DNA from: Marsupella aquatica | Taxonomy: Eukaryota; Plantae; Marchantiophyta | NCBI GenBank assembly: GCA_973895155.1 | Contig: OZ316892.1 | Coordinates: 13,756,861 to 13,820,860 of the forward strand | Direction: 5' to 3' | Length of the DNA stretch: 64,000 bases | In this document: positions 24,440 to 36,058 of the stretch, in pieces | Position numbering within the stretch: position 1 is the stretch's first letter | How the letters are laid out: each line of letters opens with the position of its first letter | Notes under the pieces: model-generated | Database searches by the model: none | What the model saw: the letters and a program-made list of their open reading frames with translations, nothing else | What the model was told of the DNA's origin: nothing | Made by a program: the position numbers and the translations under genes

Positions 24440-25685
24440 TGCAAGTAGAGTTATTTAGCAATGTGTGACTATTTGTATATGGATTATTCATTCCTGTTGG
24501 GCTACGGCTTAGTTCTAGTTAACCCTTAGTTAACCCTTGTGGTTTTTAGGAGGAGACCTGGTTTGGTAATTGTCTAGAACTTCCCGCTGAGGATTCCATA
24601 TGGTAGCATTTAGTCTAGTCCCCAAGACAAGAGTCAAGGGGGAGTTTGTTAGATATTGCTCTAGTCTTGTGACTCTTGAGCTAACCACAGTTAGTCTAAC
24701 TCGGGTTAGGACTTTGCTAATGTTAGTGGTAGTGCTATTGTGTATATAGCCAGGGCTGATGCTAGACCCTGGTGGAACTTAGTGTTGGGTATTTACTCTT
24801 ACGTCTAGGTTAGGTATGACGTGGTTGGTACAACTACGTGGTTAGGTACAATTACGTGATTAGGTACAACTATGTGGTTAGGTACAACTATGTTGCACAC
24901 TATATCATAAGAGGCATGTGTGCTTGGAGAGGTAGAACCAGGGCTCATTGTTATGGAGCCACTTGAGAGATAGGAAGAGCTTACACAGTGGAGACTCGGT
25001 ATAGCCGACGGGCTTAGAGTTCAGTAAAGCTCTCTTGTGTGTTCCCGTGGACGTAGCCTCAAGGAGGTGAACCACGTATCTCTTGTGTCGACTATTGTGC
25101 GTTGGATGGTTCATGGGCTTGCCGTTGCGATTGTCGTCTATGCTCAACAATTGGTATCAGAGCATGTTTGGGAGGTGACGTGTGTTCATGACGGGATTTC
25201 ATGACGGTTCTTCCAGCGTTGAGTGTTGGTGGATTTTCCAGAGTTCCATCGCATGGAACTTGGAGTTTATGGGCTCAACGGATAGATCAGGGCAAGAGCT
25301 TTCTAACGGTGTGAAGAAATCGTTGAACGGAGCTCGTGGTGTAGAGAGATCTAAGTTTTCGTCGTTCTGGATTTTGTGAAGAAAGTTGGCAATCGACTCG
25401 GAGGGAGAAGCGTCAAGTGTTTTGACTCAACGGAGAGATTGAGGCAAGACGATTGTTTTTGAGTCCGGGATTGGCTCTTTGATGCAAAGAGGAAGGCTAA
25501 GCAAAATCAATTATCTTGTTGGACTTGGTGACTGCACCAAGTGCAATTGATCAACATTCGTTGTTGACAAGGGGCAGAGAGAGGAGCAGGAGGAAGAGCA
25601 CGTGACACCAATACCATCACCGGTGCGGCGTGTGGTGGAGGAAGCAGTACTACTACCGGAGCTCACGGTAGTGCCAAAGAAGAAG

Positions 25686-26543
25686 ATGGGGACTTTCAAG
25701 CTTGGGGGACCCAAGTATGAAGTGACAAAGTATGATGGGCGCTCTGACTACTTGCTATGGGAGAAGCAGGTGAAGGGAGTGCTTTATGCGTCAGGGATGG
25801 GCCAACTGCTGAGCCCTCGTGAAGACGATGTTGATGAGAAACAATGGGACCGCATGCAGGAGCAGGGAGTGTGGTGTGTTACACTCTATCTCATGCCTCC
25901 CATCATCAAGCAGTTGGGTGCACATAAGAATTGCATGTCCTTGTTTGCAGAAATGCAGAGCAAGTATCACCGCAAGGAGTTGTCGAACCGGCTCTACACT
26001 TCCTACAAACTGATGAGTTTCAGGATGAAGGAATCTGGTACGAAGTTGCAAGACCATGTGGATGCATTCAACGACATGGTCGTTGACTTGGAAAACCTTG
26101 GGGAGACTTTGAATGATGAGACGAAGGCTCTGCAGCTTCTTAGTTCATTGCCTCCATCTTACCAGTCCCTATCACGAGTGTTGTTGCATCGTGATAGGGA
26201 TACCATTTCATACAATGACGTGGTAAGTTCTCTGCTTAGTGATGATCTTCAGCAGAAGATGCACATCACGTCACAGCCTTCATCATCTGGTGCTGCCCTC
26301 AATGTTAACTGTGGGAGGAGTATGCAGCGACCAACTGGGGATCGTAGAACCCAATTTAGATCTAAATCCAGATCTAAGTCCAAGGGTAAATCCCCTCAGA
26401 GGAGGCAGGTGACATGTTGGAAGTGCAACCAAGTTGGACACTTCAAGCGAGACTGTAAGGGAAAGGCAGCGGAAACTTCATCGGCAAATGTGGCTAGGGC
26501 TGATGGAGAAGCTGATTTACTCAATGATGAGTATGTTTTATGA
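25686..26543 (+). CDS. gag: copia-3 Gag, ending in TGA in frame with protease
   Basis: KYEVTKYDG, LLSSLPPSY, CWKCNQVGHFKRDC; first ATG at 25686 (frame open from 25602). Confidence 0.88.
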   Translation: MGTFKLGGPKYEVTKYDGRSDYLLWEKQVKGVLYASGMGQLLSPREDDVDEKQWDRMQEQGVWCVTLYLMPPIIKQLGAHKNCMSLFAEMQSKYHRKELSNRLYTSYKLMSFRMKESGTKLQDHVDAFNDMVVDLENLGETLNDETKALQLLSSLPPSYQSLSRVLLHRDRDTISYNDVVSSLLSDDLQQKMHITSQPSSSGAALNVNCGRSMQRPTGDRRTQFRSKSRSKSKGKSPQRRQVTCWKCNQVGHFKRDCKGKAAETSSANVARADGEADLLNDEYVL

Positions 26544-29500
26544 AGCCGGGGGTATGCCCTATGCACGTCATCTAGGAGAGCAGATGATGTGTGGATTCTT
26601 GATTGTGCTTGCTCTTTTCATATTTGTTACATTCGTGAGTTTTTCAGTTCTTACTCTGTTTCAAACGGTTCAGTTCTGATGGGAAATGATCACTCCTGTC
26701 AAATTGAGGGAATTGGGTCTGTGAAGATTCAAATGTTTGATGGCGCTGTGCGCACAGTGTCCGGAGTCAGGTATGTACCTGGCATGCGTAAGAATCTGAT
26801 TTCACTCGGTGTGTTGGATTCAAATGGTCATCAATGAAGCGTTATTGATGGTGAACTTCAAGTCAGGTCGAGAGAGACAGTGATTTTGAAGGGGAGTAGA
26901 CAAAAGAATTTGTATGTGTTATAGGGCAATACTGTATGTGGAGAGGCCAATGTAACCAAGTCTCACGAGGAGATGACTCAACTGTGGCATTCACGGCTAG
27001 GCCACATGAGTGAGAAGGGTTTGGCTATCTTACGGAAGAATGGACTCATTTCTAATTTGCAATCTTGTAAATTAAAGTTTTGTGAGCATTGCATTCTTGG
27101 AAAGCAGCATCGTCGTGCTTTTGGTGTTGGAACTCATCGTTCCAAAGCGGTTCTTGAGTACATATATAGTGACGTGTGGGGTCTATCCCCGACTCCCTCA
27201 CACTCTGGAAAGTTGTCTTATGTATCATTTATTGATGATTACTCAAGATTTGTGTGGATTTATTTCATGACGCATAAGTCTGATGTCTTGTCCATTTTTA
27301 AGAAGTGGAAGGCCCAGGTGGAGAATCAGACTGGAAACACGATCAAGTGTTTGGATACAAGGGTGAAGAGTCTGAGGTCAGACAACGGCGGGGAGTACAC
27401 TTCAATGGAATTTGAAGAGTACTGTTCAGAACAGGGGATAACTCGCCATCTCACCACAGTTTATACTCCGCAGCAGAATGGTGTCGCTGAGAGGCTCAAT
27501 CGGACACTGTTGGAGCGGTCACGGAGTATGTTAAGCCAATCAGGTTTACCACAAGAATTTTGGGCAGAAGCTGTCAATACCGCAGCTTATTTGGTAAATC
27601 TTTCTCCTTCTAGTGCTATCAATTTCAAAACGCCGTTTGAGATGCGCTATAAGCGGCAAGCAGACTATCATGGCTTGGTAGTTTTTGGAAGTGATGCATA
27701 TGCTCTCACACCGAAGCAGAATAGGACCAAGTTGGATCCTACCTCCAGGAAATGTGCTTTTCTTGGGTACCAGAGTGGTGTGAAAGCCTATAGGCTATGG
27801 GATCCTATTGCCTGTAAGCTCGTTGTCAGTAGGGATGTTTCCTTCAATGAATCCAGATTATTGAAGGAGGGGGAGAATACTCAGGTCTCCCGTACTGACA
27901 AAGGAAAATCTCCTATCCCGGATCTCGTTGAGGGGGAGATTGGTTATGAGGTGCATGACCGGAGAGAAGGAGTTGCTCCAATTATGGAGCTGGTTCCTGT
28001 GCCAGAGGAACCAGAGGAGTTTGTTGATGCTGGCGAGCAGCAAGTGGATGCTGTTGAGCTTCAAATTGTACCAGCACACGCAGATCAACCGGAGTCATCG
28101 GCTAGAAGAACATCTGGTCGCACTGTACGCGCTCTCGGGGGGGTCACTATATGGAGGGTCATACATCGCGTGCGACGTTTTAGGGTTTGACCCCCCTAAC
28201 TTTAAAGTGAAAAATATTTTTTTGCAAAGCCCTTTCTTTCTTAAAATTTTGTCATTTTTTATTAAAAAACCCCTAAAAACTTTATAGAAAGTATTTTTTG
28301 CAATTAAATAGGCCTATGTGTTCTTTAAAGTCGACCAATCAATAAAACATGCCCTATGTGTTCTTCCACCAAACTTTGGAAGTCTTCCGCCACACCCATT
28401 TAAATGGGCCTATACTTCGTCGCACGTGATGTGTCACTTCCGTGGAAGTGACCCCCCCGAGTACGCGCTCCACCAAGGTATGGACAGTGGGTTGATTCAT
28501 CTCAACTGCAAGAGGATGATTTTATAGCTGATGATGAGGGTGATGCGTTAATTTTGGAAGAAGGGGAACCTTCTTCATTTCATGAGGCAAGTGCTTCAAA
28601 GGAGAAGCAGAAGTGGACTGCAGCAATGCAAACGAAGATGCAGTCACTAAAGGACAACAAAACTTGGGAGCTTGTTAAGCTGCCTAAGGGTCAGCAAGTG
28701 GTGGACAACAAGTGGATTTACAAGCTGAAGGATAATTCCATAGGAGGTGGATCAAAGGTCTACAAGGCTAGATTGGTAGCAAAGGGATTCACACAAGAGA
28801 AAGGTGTGGATTACAATGAGGTCTTCTCACCAGTTGCTAAGTACTCTACAATACGACTATTGTGTGTACTTGTTGTAATGTTTGGTCTGCTGCTAGATCA
28901 GATGGATGTTGTCATAGCTTTCCTCTATGGCACATTGGAAGAGGTGATCTTCATGAGACAACCGCTAGGTTTTGTGAAGAGAGGACAGGAGGAATTGGTT
29001 TGCAGATTGCTAAAATCCTTGTATGGGTTGAAGCAGTCACCAAGACAGTGGAACAAGCGGTTTGACGATTGGATTCGGTCACAAGGTTTTCACAGAAGTG
29101 TATTTGACCCTTGTGTGTATTTGAAACCGGTAAAGAATGTTGTCTTTGGGTTCATTGTTTTAGTACTTTATGTGGATGATATGCTAATTGCAGCCAAGGA
29201 TAGGTCGGGGGATAGGTCTGAGATTGTTAAGCTCAAGGCACTGCTTAGTACAGAGTTTAAGATGAAGGACTTAGGGCCAGCTAAGAGGATTTTGGGTATG
29301 GAGATCACTAGGGACTTGGAGGCTGGCAAGCTATGGTTGACGCAGAGCAGTTATGCGAGAAAGGTAATTGCAAGGTTCAACATGGGGAATAGCAAGCCAG
29401 TAAGTACCCCATTGGCTCCACACTTCAAGTTATCATCAGCGTTCTGTCCTACGGATGACACAGAGAAGGGGTTGATGTCAAAGGTTCCATGTGACAAGGC

Positions 29501-30164
29501 AGTGGGGAGTCTCATGTATTTGATGACTTGCACTAGACCTGATCTTGCCATGGCTATGGGCAAGGTGAGCAGGTACATGTCGAATCCAGGGAAGGTACAC
29601 TGGGAAGCAGTGAAGTGGATTATCAGGTACTTGAAGGGTACCGTGGATCATGGTCTTTTATTTGATGCGAATGCAAAGAATGCTAAATCATTGATTGGCT
29701 ATGTTGATTCTGACTATGGACAAGATTTGGACCGAAGGAGATCAACAACAGGATACGTGTTCACACTTGGCGGTGGATGCATAAGTTGGAGGTCTACTTT
29801 GCAGAAGTGTATTGCTCAGTCTACTACAGAAGCGGAGTATGTTGCAGCTGCGGAAGCAGCAAAGGAAGCGATTTGGTTGGATAGACTTATCACTGAAATG
29901 GGATTGCCACAGGGGAATGTGAAGCTCCATTGTGATAGTCAAAGTGCGCTCCACCTTGCTGTGAACCAGGTGATGGACAGCAGAGTGAAGCACATTGACG
30001 TTAGGTACCATTTTATCAGGCAGGCTGTGTCTGATAATTTGTTTGAGCTAATCAAGATTGATGGTAAACTCAACCCGGTTGACGCATTTACCAAAGTGAT
30101 TCCTTTGGAGAGTTTCTCTAGACACCGTGACGTATTGCAAGTTTTGCAATTGCATCACAAGTAG
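26544..30164 (+). pseudogene. pol: copia-3 Pol, disrupted by stops and a MITE
   Basis: WILDCAC, LWHSRLGH, LRSDNGGEY, YVDDML and an intact RT-RH ORF at 28554-30164; stops at 26835 and 26922; insertion at 28134. Confidence 0.93.
28134..28461. mobile_element. MITE / non-autonomous TIR element, family A (328 bp)
   Basis: Perfect 15-bp TIR CTCGGGGGGGTCACT; 8-bp TSD TACGCGCT. Excision restores RTVRAPPRYGQW, matching copia-1 RTTRAPTRYGQW. Confidence 0.95.
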
Positions 30165-30390
30165 AGTTTTCTTAACATTCATTGTAATTACTGATATATG
30201 CTCTTCCTCATTCCTATGTATTAGGCTACGGCTTAGTTCTGGTTTGCTCTAGTTAGAGAGGGAAACCGGTTTGGTTTTTGTCCAGAACTTCCCGCTGAGG
30301 GATCATATACATTGGCAGTATTACTCTCCCCTAGACCAGAGTCAAGGTGAAGATTGTTGGGTATTTACTCTTACGTCTAGGTTAGGTATG

Positions 30391-30516
30391 ACGTGGTTGA
30401 TACAACAACGTGGGTTGGTACAACTACGTGGTTAGGTACAACTACGTGATTAGGTACAACTATGTGGTTAGGTACAACTACGTGATTAGGTACAACTATG
30501 TGGTTAGGTATAACTA
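30391..30516 (+). repeat. 18-bp tandem repeat in copia-3 LTR U3 (7 copies; 4 copies in the 5' LTR at ~24819-24889)
   Basis: Unit ACGTGGTTAGGTACAACT. Confidence 0.9.
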
Positions 30517-30631
30517 AGTTGCACACTATATCATAAGAGGCATGTGTGCTTGGAGAGGTAGAACCAAGGCTCATTGTTATGGAGCCACTTGAGAGATAGG
30601 GAGAGCTTACACTGTGGAGACTCGGTATAGC

Positions 30632-31295
30632 CCCTGGGCCCCCAGCCTTTGTAAACTAAAGAGGTATACGTGCGTACACCCCCTCCTTAGTACCCCTTAT
30701 TATTTTTGGAAGCCTATAAAAATTTCTCTTGTTATTCTTAAAAACTTAATTTTGGAGAATAAATCTGCCCCTTTGAGATATTATAATTTCACATTTTACA
30801 CCATTTATGAAAGCCTTGAAAAGTTATAAATTCATCATTTGCACACGGTTCTAAAATTGACGGGAGTGTTTTGGAAGGGTTTTGGGTACATACATTTTTG
30901 TGTTCGTGACCCTTTAACCCCAAACTTCAACTTTGGGGCATTTTTGAACCACACGGCAGGGTAGTCAGGGTTCAAAAGCTCCAAAGTCCTAAACTACTCT
31001 GAATCATAGATGTTGCAAGCATAATTATATGTCATATACACATGTTCCAATAAAGGGTGGCCACAAGGACCAATCCTATTGTGATGCGTGTCACATCCAT
31101 ATTACATCACCTCTTGAAGCATATTAACTTGGGCAACATTTATATAAGCCTATATTAGTTAGAAAGGGTTCTTTGAATAAAACCATCCCTTGATATTTCT
31201 AAGCCAATTATAAAAATTAATCTCAAATCAGATTTTTTGCACCCTTCATCCGTTCGCACGTCCAACCCATTATTAATAATGCTGGGGGCCCAGGG
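30632..31295. mobile_element. Non-autonomous TIR element, family B (664 bp)
   Basis: Perfect 15-bp TIR CCCTGGGCCCCCAGC; 8-bp TSD GGTATAGC (alternative parse: 16-bp TIR with 6-bp TSD); absent from the 5' LTR. Confidence 0.93.
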
Positions 31296-31410
31296 GGTAT
31301 AGCCGACGGGCTTAGAGTTCAGTAAAGCTTTCTTGTGTGTTCTCGTGGACGTAGCCTCAAGGAGGTGAACCACGTATCTCTTGTGTCGACTATTGTGCGT
31401 TGGATGGTTC

Positions 31411-31707
31411 CTTGGGGGTCTCACTTCCACAAAAATGGCATATCACGTACGACAAAGGATAGGGTCATTTTATTGGTTCTAAGGGAAGACTTAAGAATTT
31501 TTGTAGAAGAACAATAGGGTCTTTTAAATTCAATTTTGAGACTTATAAGAACATTAGGGTCTTTTTAATCCAATTTTTAGAATATTCCAAGAATATTCCA
31601 ACTTTATAGGGGTTAAAAAATAAATTTGTTTTCTTACATTTTAGGGGGTCCGAGGCCTAAAAACGTCGCAGGCGATGGGGAGGTCCCCATATAGTGAGAC
31701 CCCCGAG
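31411..31707. mobile_element. MITE family A, second member in opposite orientation (297 bp)
   Basis: TIR CT(T/C)GGGGGTCTCACT; 8-bp TSD GATGGTTC; subterminal ends homologous to 28134-28461. Confidence 0.93.
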
Positions 31708-32074
31708 GATGGTTCATGGGCTTGCCGTTGCGATCGTCGTCTATGCTCAACACTTAGGCTCATTGTTACAGAGCTAATTGAGAGATAGGGAGAGCTTGTG
31801 CTGTGGATGCTTGGTATGGCCGGTCGGCCTAGAGTGCAGTAAAGCTCTTGTGTGTTCCCGTGGACGTAGCCTCATGTGGAGGTGAACCACGTATCTCTCT
31901 GTGTCGACTATTGTACGTTGGATGGTTCATGGGCTTGCCGTTACGAATGTCGTCTATGCTCAACAACGGGCAACACTAACAAGGTAATCAATGCGAATTA
32001 ACATTAATTATCCTCGAGATGGAGTTCATGGGTTAAGTCATTTGGTCAAGGCATACAATTATGGGAGCCTATTT

Positions 32075-32260
32075 TGGGCTCAAGTAAGTTTTACGGCATA
32101 GTCCATAATCGAAGGGTTACGGATGGGCGTCAAACCCCCGGTTCCCTACTCTGAGACTCCCTATTGGGTGTCTTGTTCTTGTGAGACTCTGTCTCCAAGG
32201 TGGCACATTTGGTTCTTTGCCACTATAAAGGAGGGTTTTATGTGTCAAACGTTAGGGTTT
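32075..32260 (+). promoter_or_regulatory. Site II-like motif (TGGGCT) and telo-box (TAGGGTTT) upstream of the WD40 gene
   Basis: TGGGCT at 32075 and TAGGGTTT at 32253. This pair is typical of plant ribosome-biogenesis promoters, but short motifs can occur by chance. Confidence 0.45.
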
Positions 32261-32489
32261 GTAGGTGCCATCAAAAGATTCTCTGGTTTCCTTCGAGACA
32301 GTCTGTGAGGGTTTGGAAGGTCGGAAGTCTGAAGAAGGGTTTTAAGGGGTTCAGGTTTTTTTCCTTTCGATACTAGTCTCGAGCTCGCCTGACTGATTGC
32401 AACGAGACCTGCAGCGCGAGCGAGCCTGAAGTTGCCTGCTGGGTTTGCTTGATTTCTCGGTTGCTTGCTTGTGGTGGGACGAATTAAGA

Positions 32490-35400
32490 ATGCCTCGAAA
32501 CCCGAAGGTCAAGAAGAAATCTCGCAACAAAGACACGGTTGCTGCTCCTGAAGCTGAAGATGAAGTTACAGAAACGCAGCAACAGGCCGTCAGGGTGTGG
32601 CAGCCCGGTGTGGACAACTTGGAGGATGGGGAAGAACTGCAGTTCGACCCAACAGCGTATGATTGCTTGCATGCGTTTCACCTCGGATGGCCCTGCTTAA
32701 GGTTCTCTCTTTTGCCCTCCCTCTCTCGCTCTCTGTTTTCTGGAATTTGGGAATGGATGAAGCTTTAGCAAAACTGGACCAACCAGACCCATTTTGTTCG
32801 GACAATTGTGAAAGTGTTTTCTCTTAATTTCGAATGAGATGGTTTGAACGAGTGAGGAGCGATACAATTATACGGACCGCTAGAATGTATGTTGAGCCGT
32901 GCAGCCCAATGCATTACTTGACGTTAACAAAAACAGGCCGTGGCCTTGAGCAGGATGACCGTGCCTTACGTCTCCCTCTGTTTGTCTCGATGTAAAGTCG
33001 CTTGAAGATTGACACCCTACCTGACCACTATCTGTTTCATCATCATTGCAGCTTTGATGTTGCGAGGGATGGCCTTGGAATGATGCGAAATAATTTTCCG
33101 CAGACCATGTTCATGGTTGCTGGGACGCAGGTGTGTTTTCGTTCCAGTGTATTCTTCTCGATTACATAATTGTTATGATCTTTGTCACCAGGTTAATTCT
33201 ACTGTACAGCATCCTGGCCTTTTTCAATAGCATTGACGGAATGATTTCTCCTATTGTACTCTCAGGCAGATGCCGGACCAAACAACGCAGTGATCGTAGC
33301 TAAGCTATCAAATATTACTGGAGTTAGGCGTGGTCCCAAGCTGGCAACCCCCATGGACGCTGATGGAGCGGAGGACGATAGTGAAGATGACAGTAGTAGT
33401 GATGAAGAGGAGAATGGTACTGAAACCCCAGCAACATCATCAAAGACCCCTGTCCTGCAGGTTGAAGTGAATTTCTTTCTGAAGCAATCTGAATTAAAAA
33501 CTTGAAATGAAATGATTCTCTGCAGCCTTAGGACGTGGAAGGTTCCTAACCTGTCAGGTGGACATGTATGCAGGCTCGAATGGTTGCTCATCAGGGTTGT
33601 GTGAACCGCATCCGTGCTATGCCTCAACAGCCTCACATTGTGGCGACTTGGTCAGATAGTGGCTATGTTCAGGTGTGCCGATGTGACAGTGATGGAATCT
33701 CTTTCTCTTGTTTTCTACAACTAAGTGATCTCATGAAGTTCTGGCTAACCCATCCCTATTTTCAAAATTACAGGTATGGGACATGGCAGCCCATGTGCGA
33801 GCTTTGTCAGCAGGAACATCAACTGGGGCCCCAGGGGTATCAAATAATGTGTTACGCCAGGCTCCCCTGCAGATATTTACTGGCCATAAGGATGAAGGAT
33901 TTGCAATTGACTGGAGCCCCGTAACTCCGGGTCGTCTTGTGACAGGTGAACTGCCAATTAGTTTGCCCTTAGAACCTAATACAGTGTGTCGAACACAATT
34001 TTTTGACATTGTCTGTTCAGGTTCCGTGGATCTCGTGGAATTCCTTTCTTCAAATTTCATCTGGAAATGTTCTTCACTGCCAGCACATCTATTTGTCCAA
34101 CATCAGGCATGGATTTGAAACTTTTGTTGATTTGACAGTTTGAAACTATCGTAGGTGACTGCAAAAGCAACATCCATCTTTGGGAGCCGACAACCTCTGG
34201 AAAATGGAGTGTGGACAGAGCTGCTTTTACAGGCCATAGTGCCAGTGTAGAGGATCTCCAGGTATTTCCTTGTTTGGGTACTTTCTGTTTGGAAGTGTTG
34301 TACCGTAGCTTTGTTAAGAATTAGCAACCTCATTTCGAGGTGGATAGTTTCCATTCGGAAAAGCGTCTAATAGGCGTGCTATGACGAGGAATCTGAAAAC
34401 GTGTGCATCACTTTATGCAGTGGAGCCCCACGGAGGCAGATGTGTTCGCATCTTGCTCGGTAGATGGGACATTGCGGATATGGGATACCAGGAACCGCAG
34501 CCATGCTGCTATCTCCGTCAAAGCGCATGACGCTGACATCAATGTGATATCATGGAACAGGTACAGTAGGTGATTTGGTGGGTTTGTATAAGTCGGTGTG
34601 ACCCGTGACATAGAGTAGGGTGCCGTGGGTGGTGAATTGGACATATTTTTAAGCTTAGTTTTGGAGGCAAGCTGAGGTTCATGACTTTTTTCTGAACGTT
34701 AATTCTTTCTGTTTCTTCTCAGGGTTGCGGGTTATGAAGAGGGCTTTATGAAATTGATTCTGTGGCTTTGTTGCGATAGAAGCCTCATCTAACGGGTCAA
34801 AAGTGGTCATTGCAGTGTTGCGAGTTGCATGGTTGCATCGGGCTGTGACGATGGAACTTTCCGCATCTGGGATCTTCGTTCTTTCAGGGTTTGTCAGCTT
34901 TTCTGCCAATATTACTGGCCCTCCATTTTATGGCTTTGGGCGCCCTCGTTTGCTGGGGTCTGCGTGATTGTGAAGCACAGTACTACCGAATGATCACATC
35001 CGAGTTTGTCTCTGAATTCCTTTGAATCCTGAAGGAACGAATGACTACCTGGATTACATCACAGTATCTTAAATTCATACATTCAAGCATATCGTAATGC
35101 TTTTACTCTGAATATTGCTATGAGGTTTTAATGTTCTGAAGCCAGAATGCGCCTTTTTCACTAATAGATAGTTTTCAGACTAAGAAGGCTGATTTGTTTG
35201 AATCTTACCTTACTCGTCATTATGACTCTATGTCAATGAATTCTCACTGATATGTGACATGAACACATGTATGGCAGGAGGGTTCTTTTGTGGCGCATTT
35301 CAAATACCACACTTCTCCTATAACATCTATCGAATGGTGTCCCCATGAAGCATCAACTTTGGCCGTAACTTGTGCAGATAATCAGCTCACGTATGTGCTT

Positions 35401-36058
35401 TTGCTGCGAGGATTTTTAAATTATTACTGGCAGCCGAAGTAACCTTCACTGAGAAATTATTTTTGCTCAATTGGTTGTAAATGTTCTTTGGGCGCATTTC
35501 TTTGTGCTTGAATAACTGACTTATTAAAAATTTTCGTGAGCAGGGTGTGGGATTTATCACTTGAGCGTGATGACGAAGAGGAGGCAGACTACCAGGCTCA
35601 GATTCTAAAGCAGCAACAGGCTGAGACTCCATCTGATCTGCCCCCTCAACTTCTGTTTGTTCATTTGGTATGATCATTTACGCAAGAGAGACCTGTTTGT
35701 CGTCGTTGACATTCTCAGAGTACGCAAAAGTGGATGGCATTCGTTAGCGGACTCCTGTAAATCACATCGGAAGTATAGTTAATTGGGGGGTTAAATCATT
35801 GCTGTTCTTGGAAATGAAAAGCGCGTGGTTGACGTACTGAATTTCGCTGCTGTTGATTGGGACGTTGTGATGGATGTCAGTAAATATGTGTCTTGATCAT
35901 GGGTTTCCATTTCTGATTGTTTGTGTGGCAAACAGGGCCAGAAGGATCTCAAGGAAGCACATTGGCATGCCCAAATACAGGGGCTTATTGTTTCAACGGC
36001 AGGAGATGGCTTCAATGTGCTACGGCCATCAAATTTAGAGAATTTGCCTGCAGCTTGA
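32490..36058 (+). CDS. GRWD1: Glutamate-rich WD repeat protein (GRWD1/RRB1/HTD1-like), 11 exons
   Basis: [26 protein letters not shown], acidic tract, [57 protein letters not shown]. Exons approx. 32490-32701, 33052-33130, 33266-33460, 33574-33672, 33774-33945, 34155-34261, 34421-34560, 34816-34888, 35278-35390, 35544-35667, 35936-36058. Confidence 0.93.

Larger units (their letters stand above)
24783..31752 (+). mobile_element. Ty1/copia LTR retrotransposon (copia-3) nested in the copia-2 3' LTR
   Basis: 5' LTR 24783-25149; PBS 25152; 3' LTR 30355-31752 (interrupted twice); TSD CTTAG at 24778-24782 and 31753-31757. Confidence 0.96.
19153..31965 (+). mobile_element. Ty1/copia LTR retrotransposon (copia-2), degenerate; 3' LTR split by copia-3
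   Basis: 5' LTR 19153-19499; PBS 19502; 3' LTR 24647-24782 plus 31758-31965; flanks ACGGT/ACGGG (imperfect TSD); roughly a dozen LTR differences. Confidence 0.94.

Noticed and set aside
30391-30516. CRISPR-like appearance of short regular repeats (also 4441-4552 and 17673-17960)
   Set aside because: Head-to-tail tandem units with no unique spacers, no cas genes, and a eukaryotic context.
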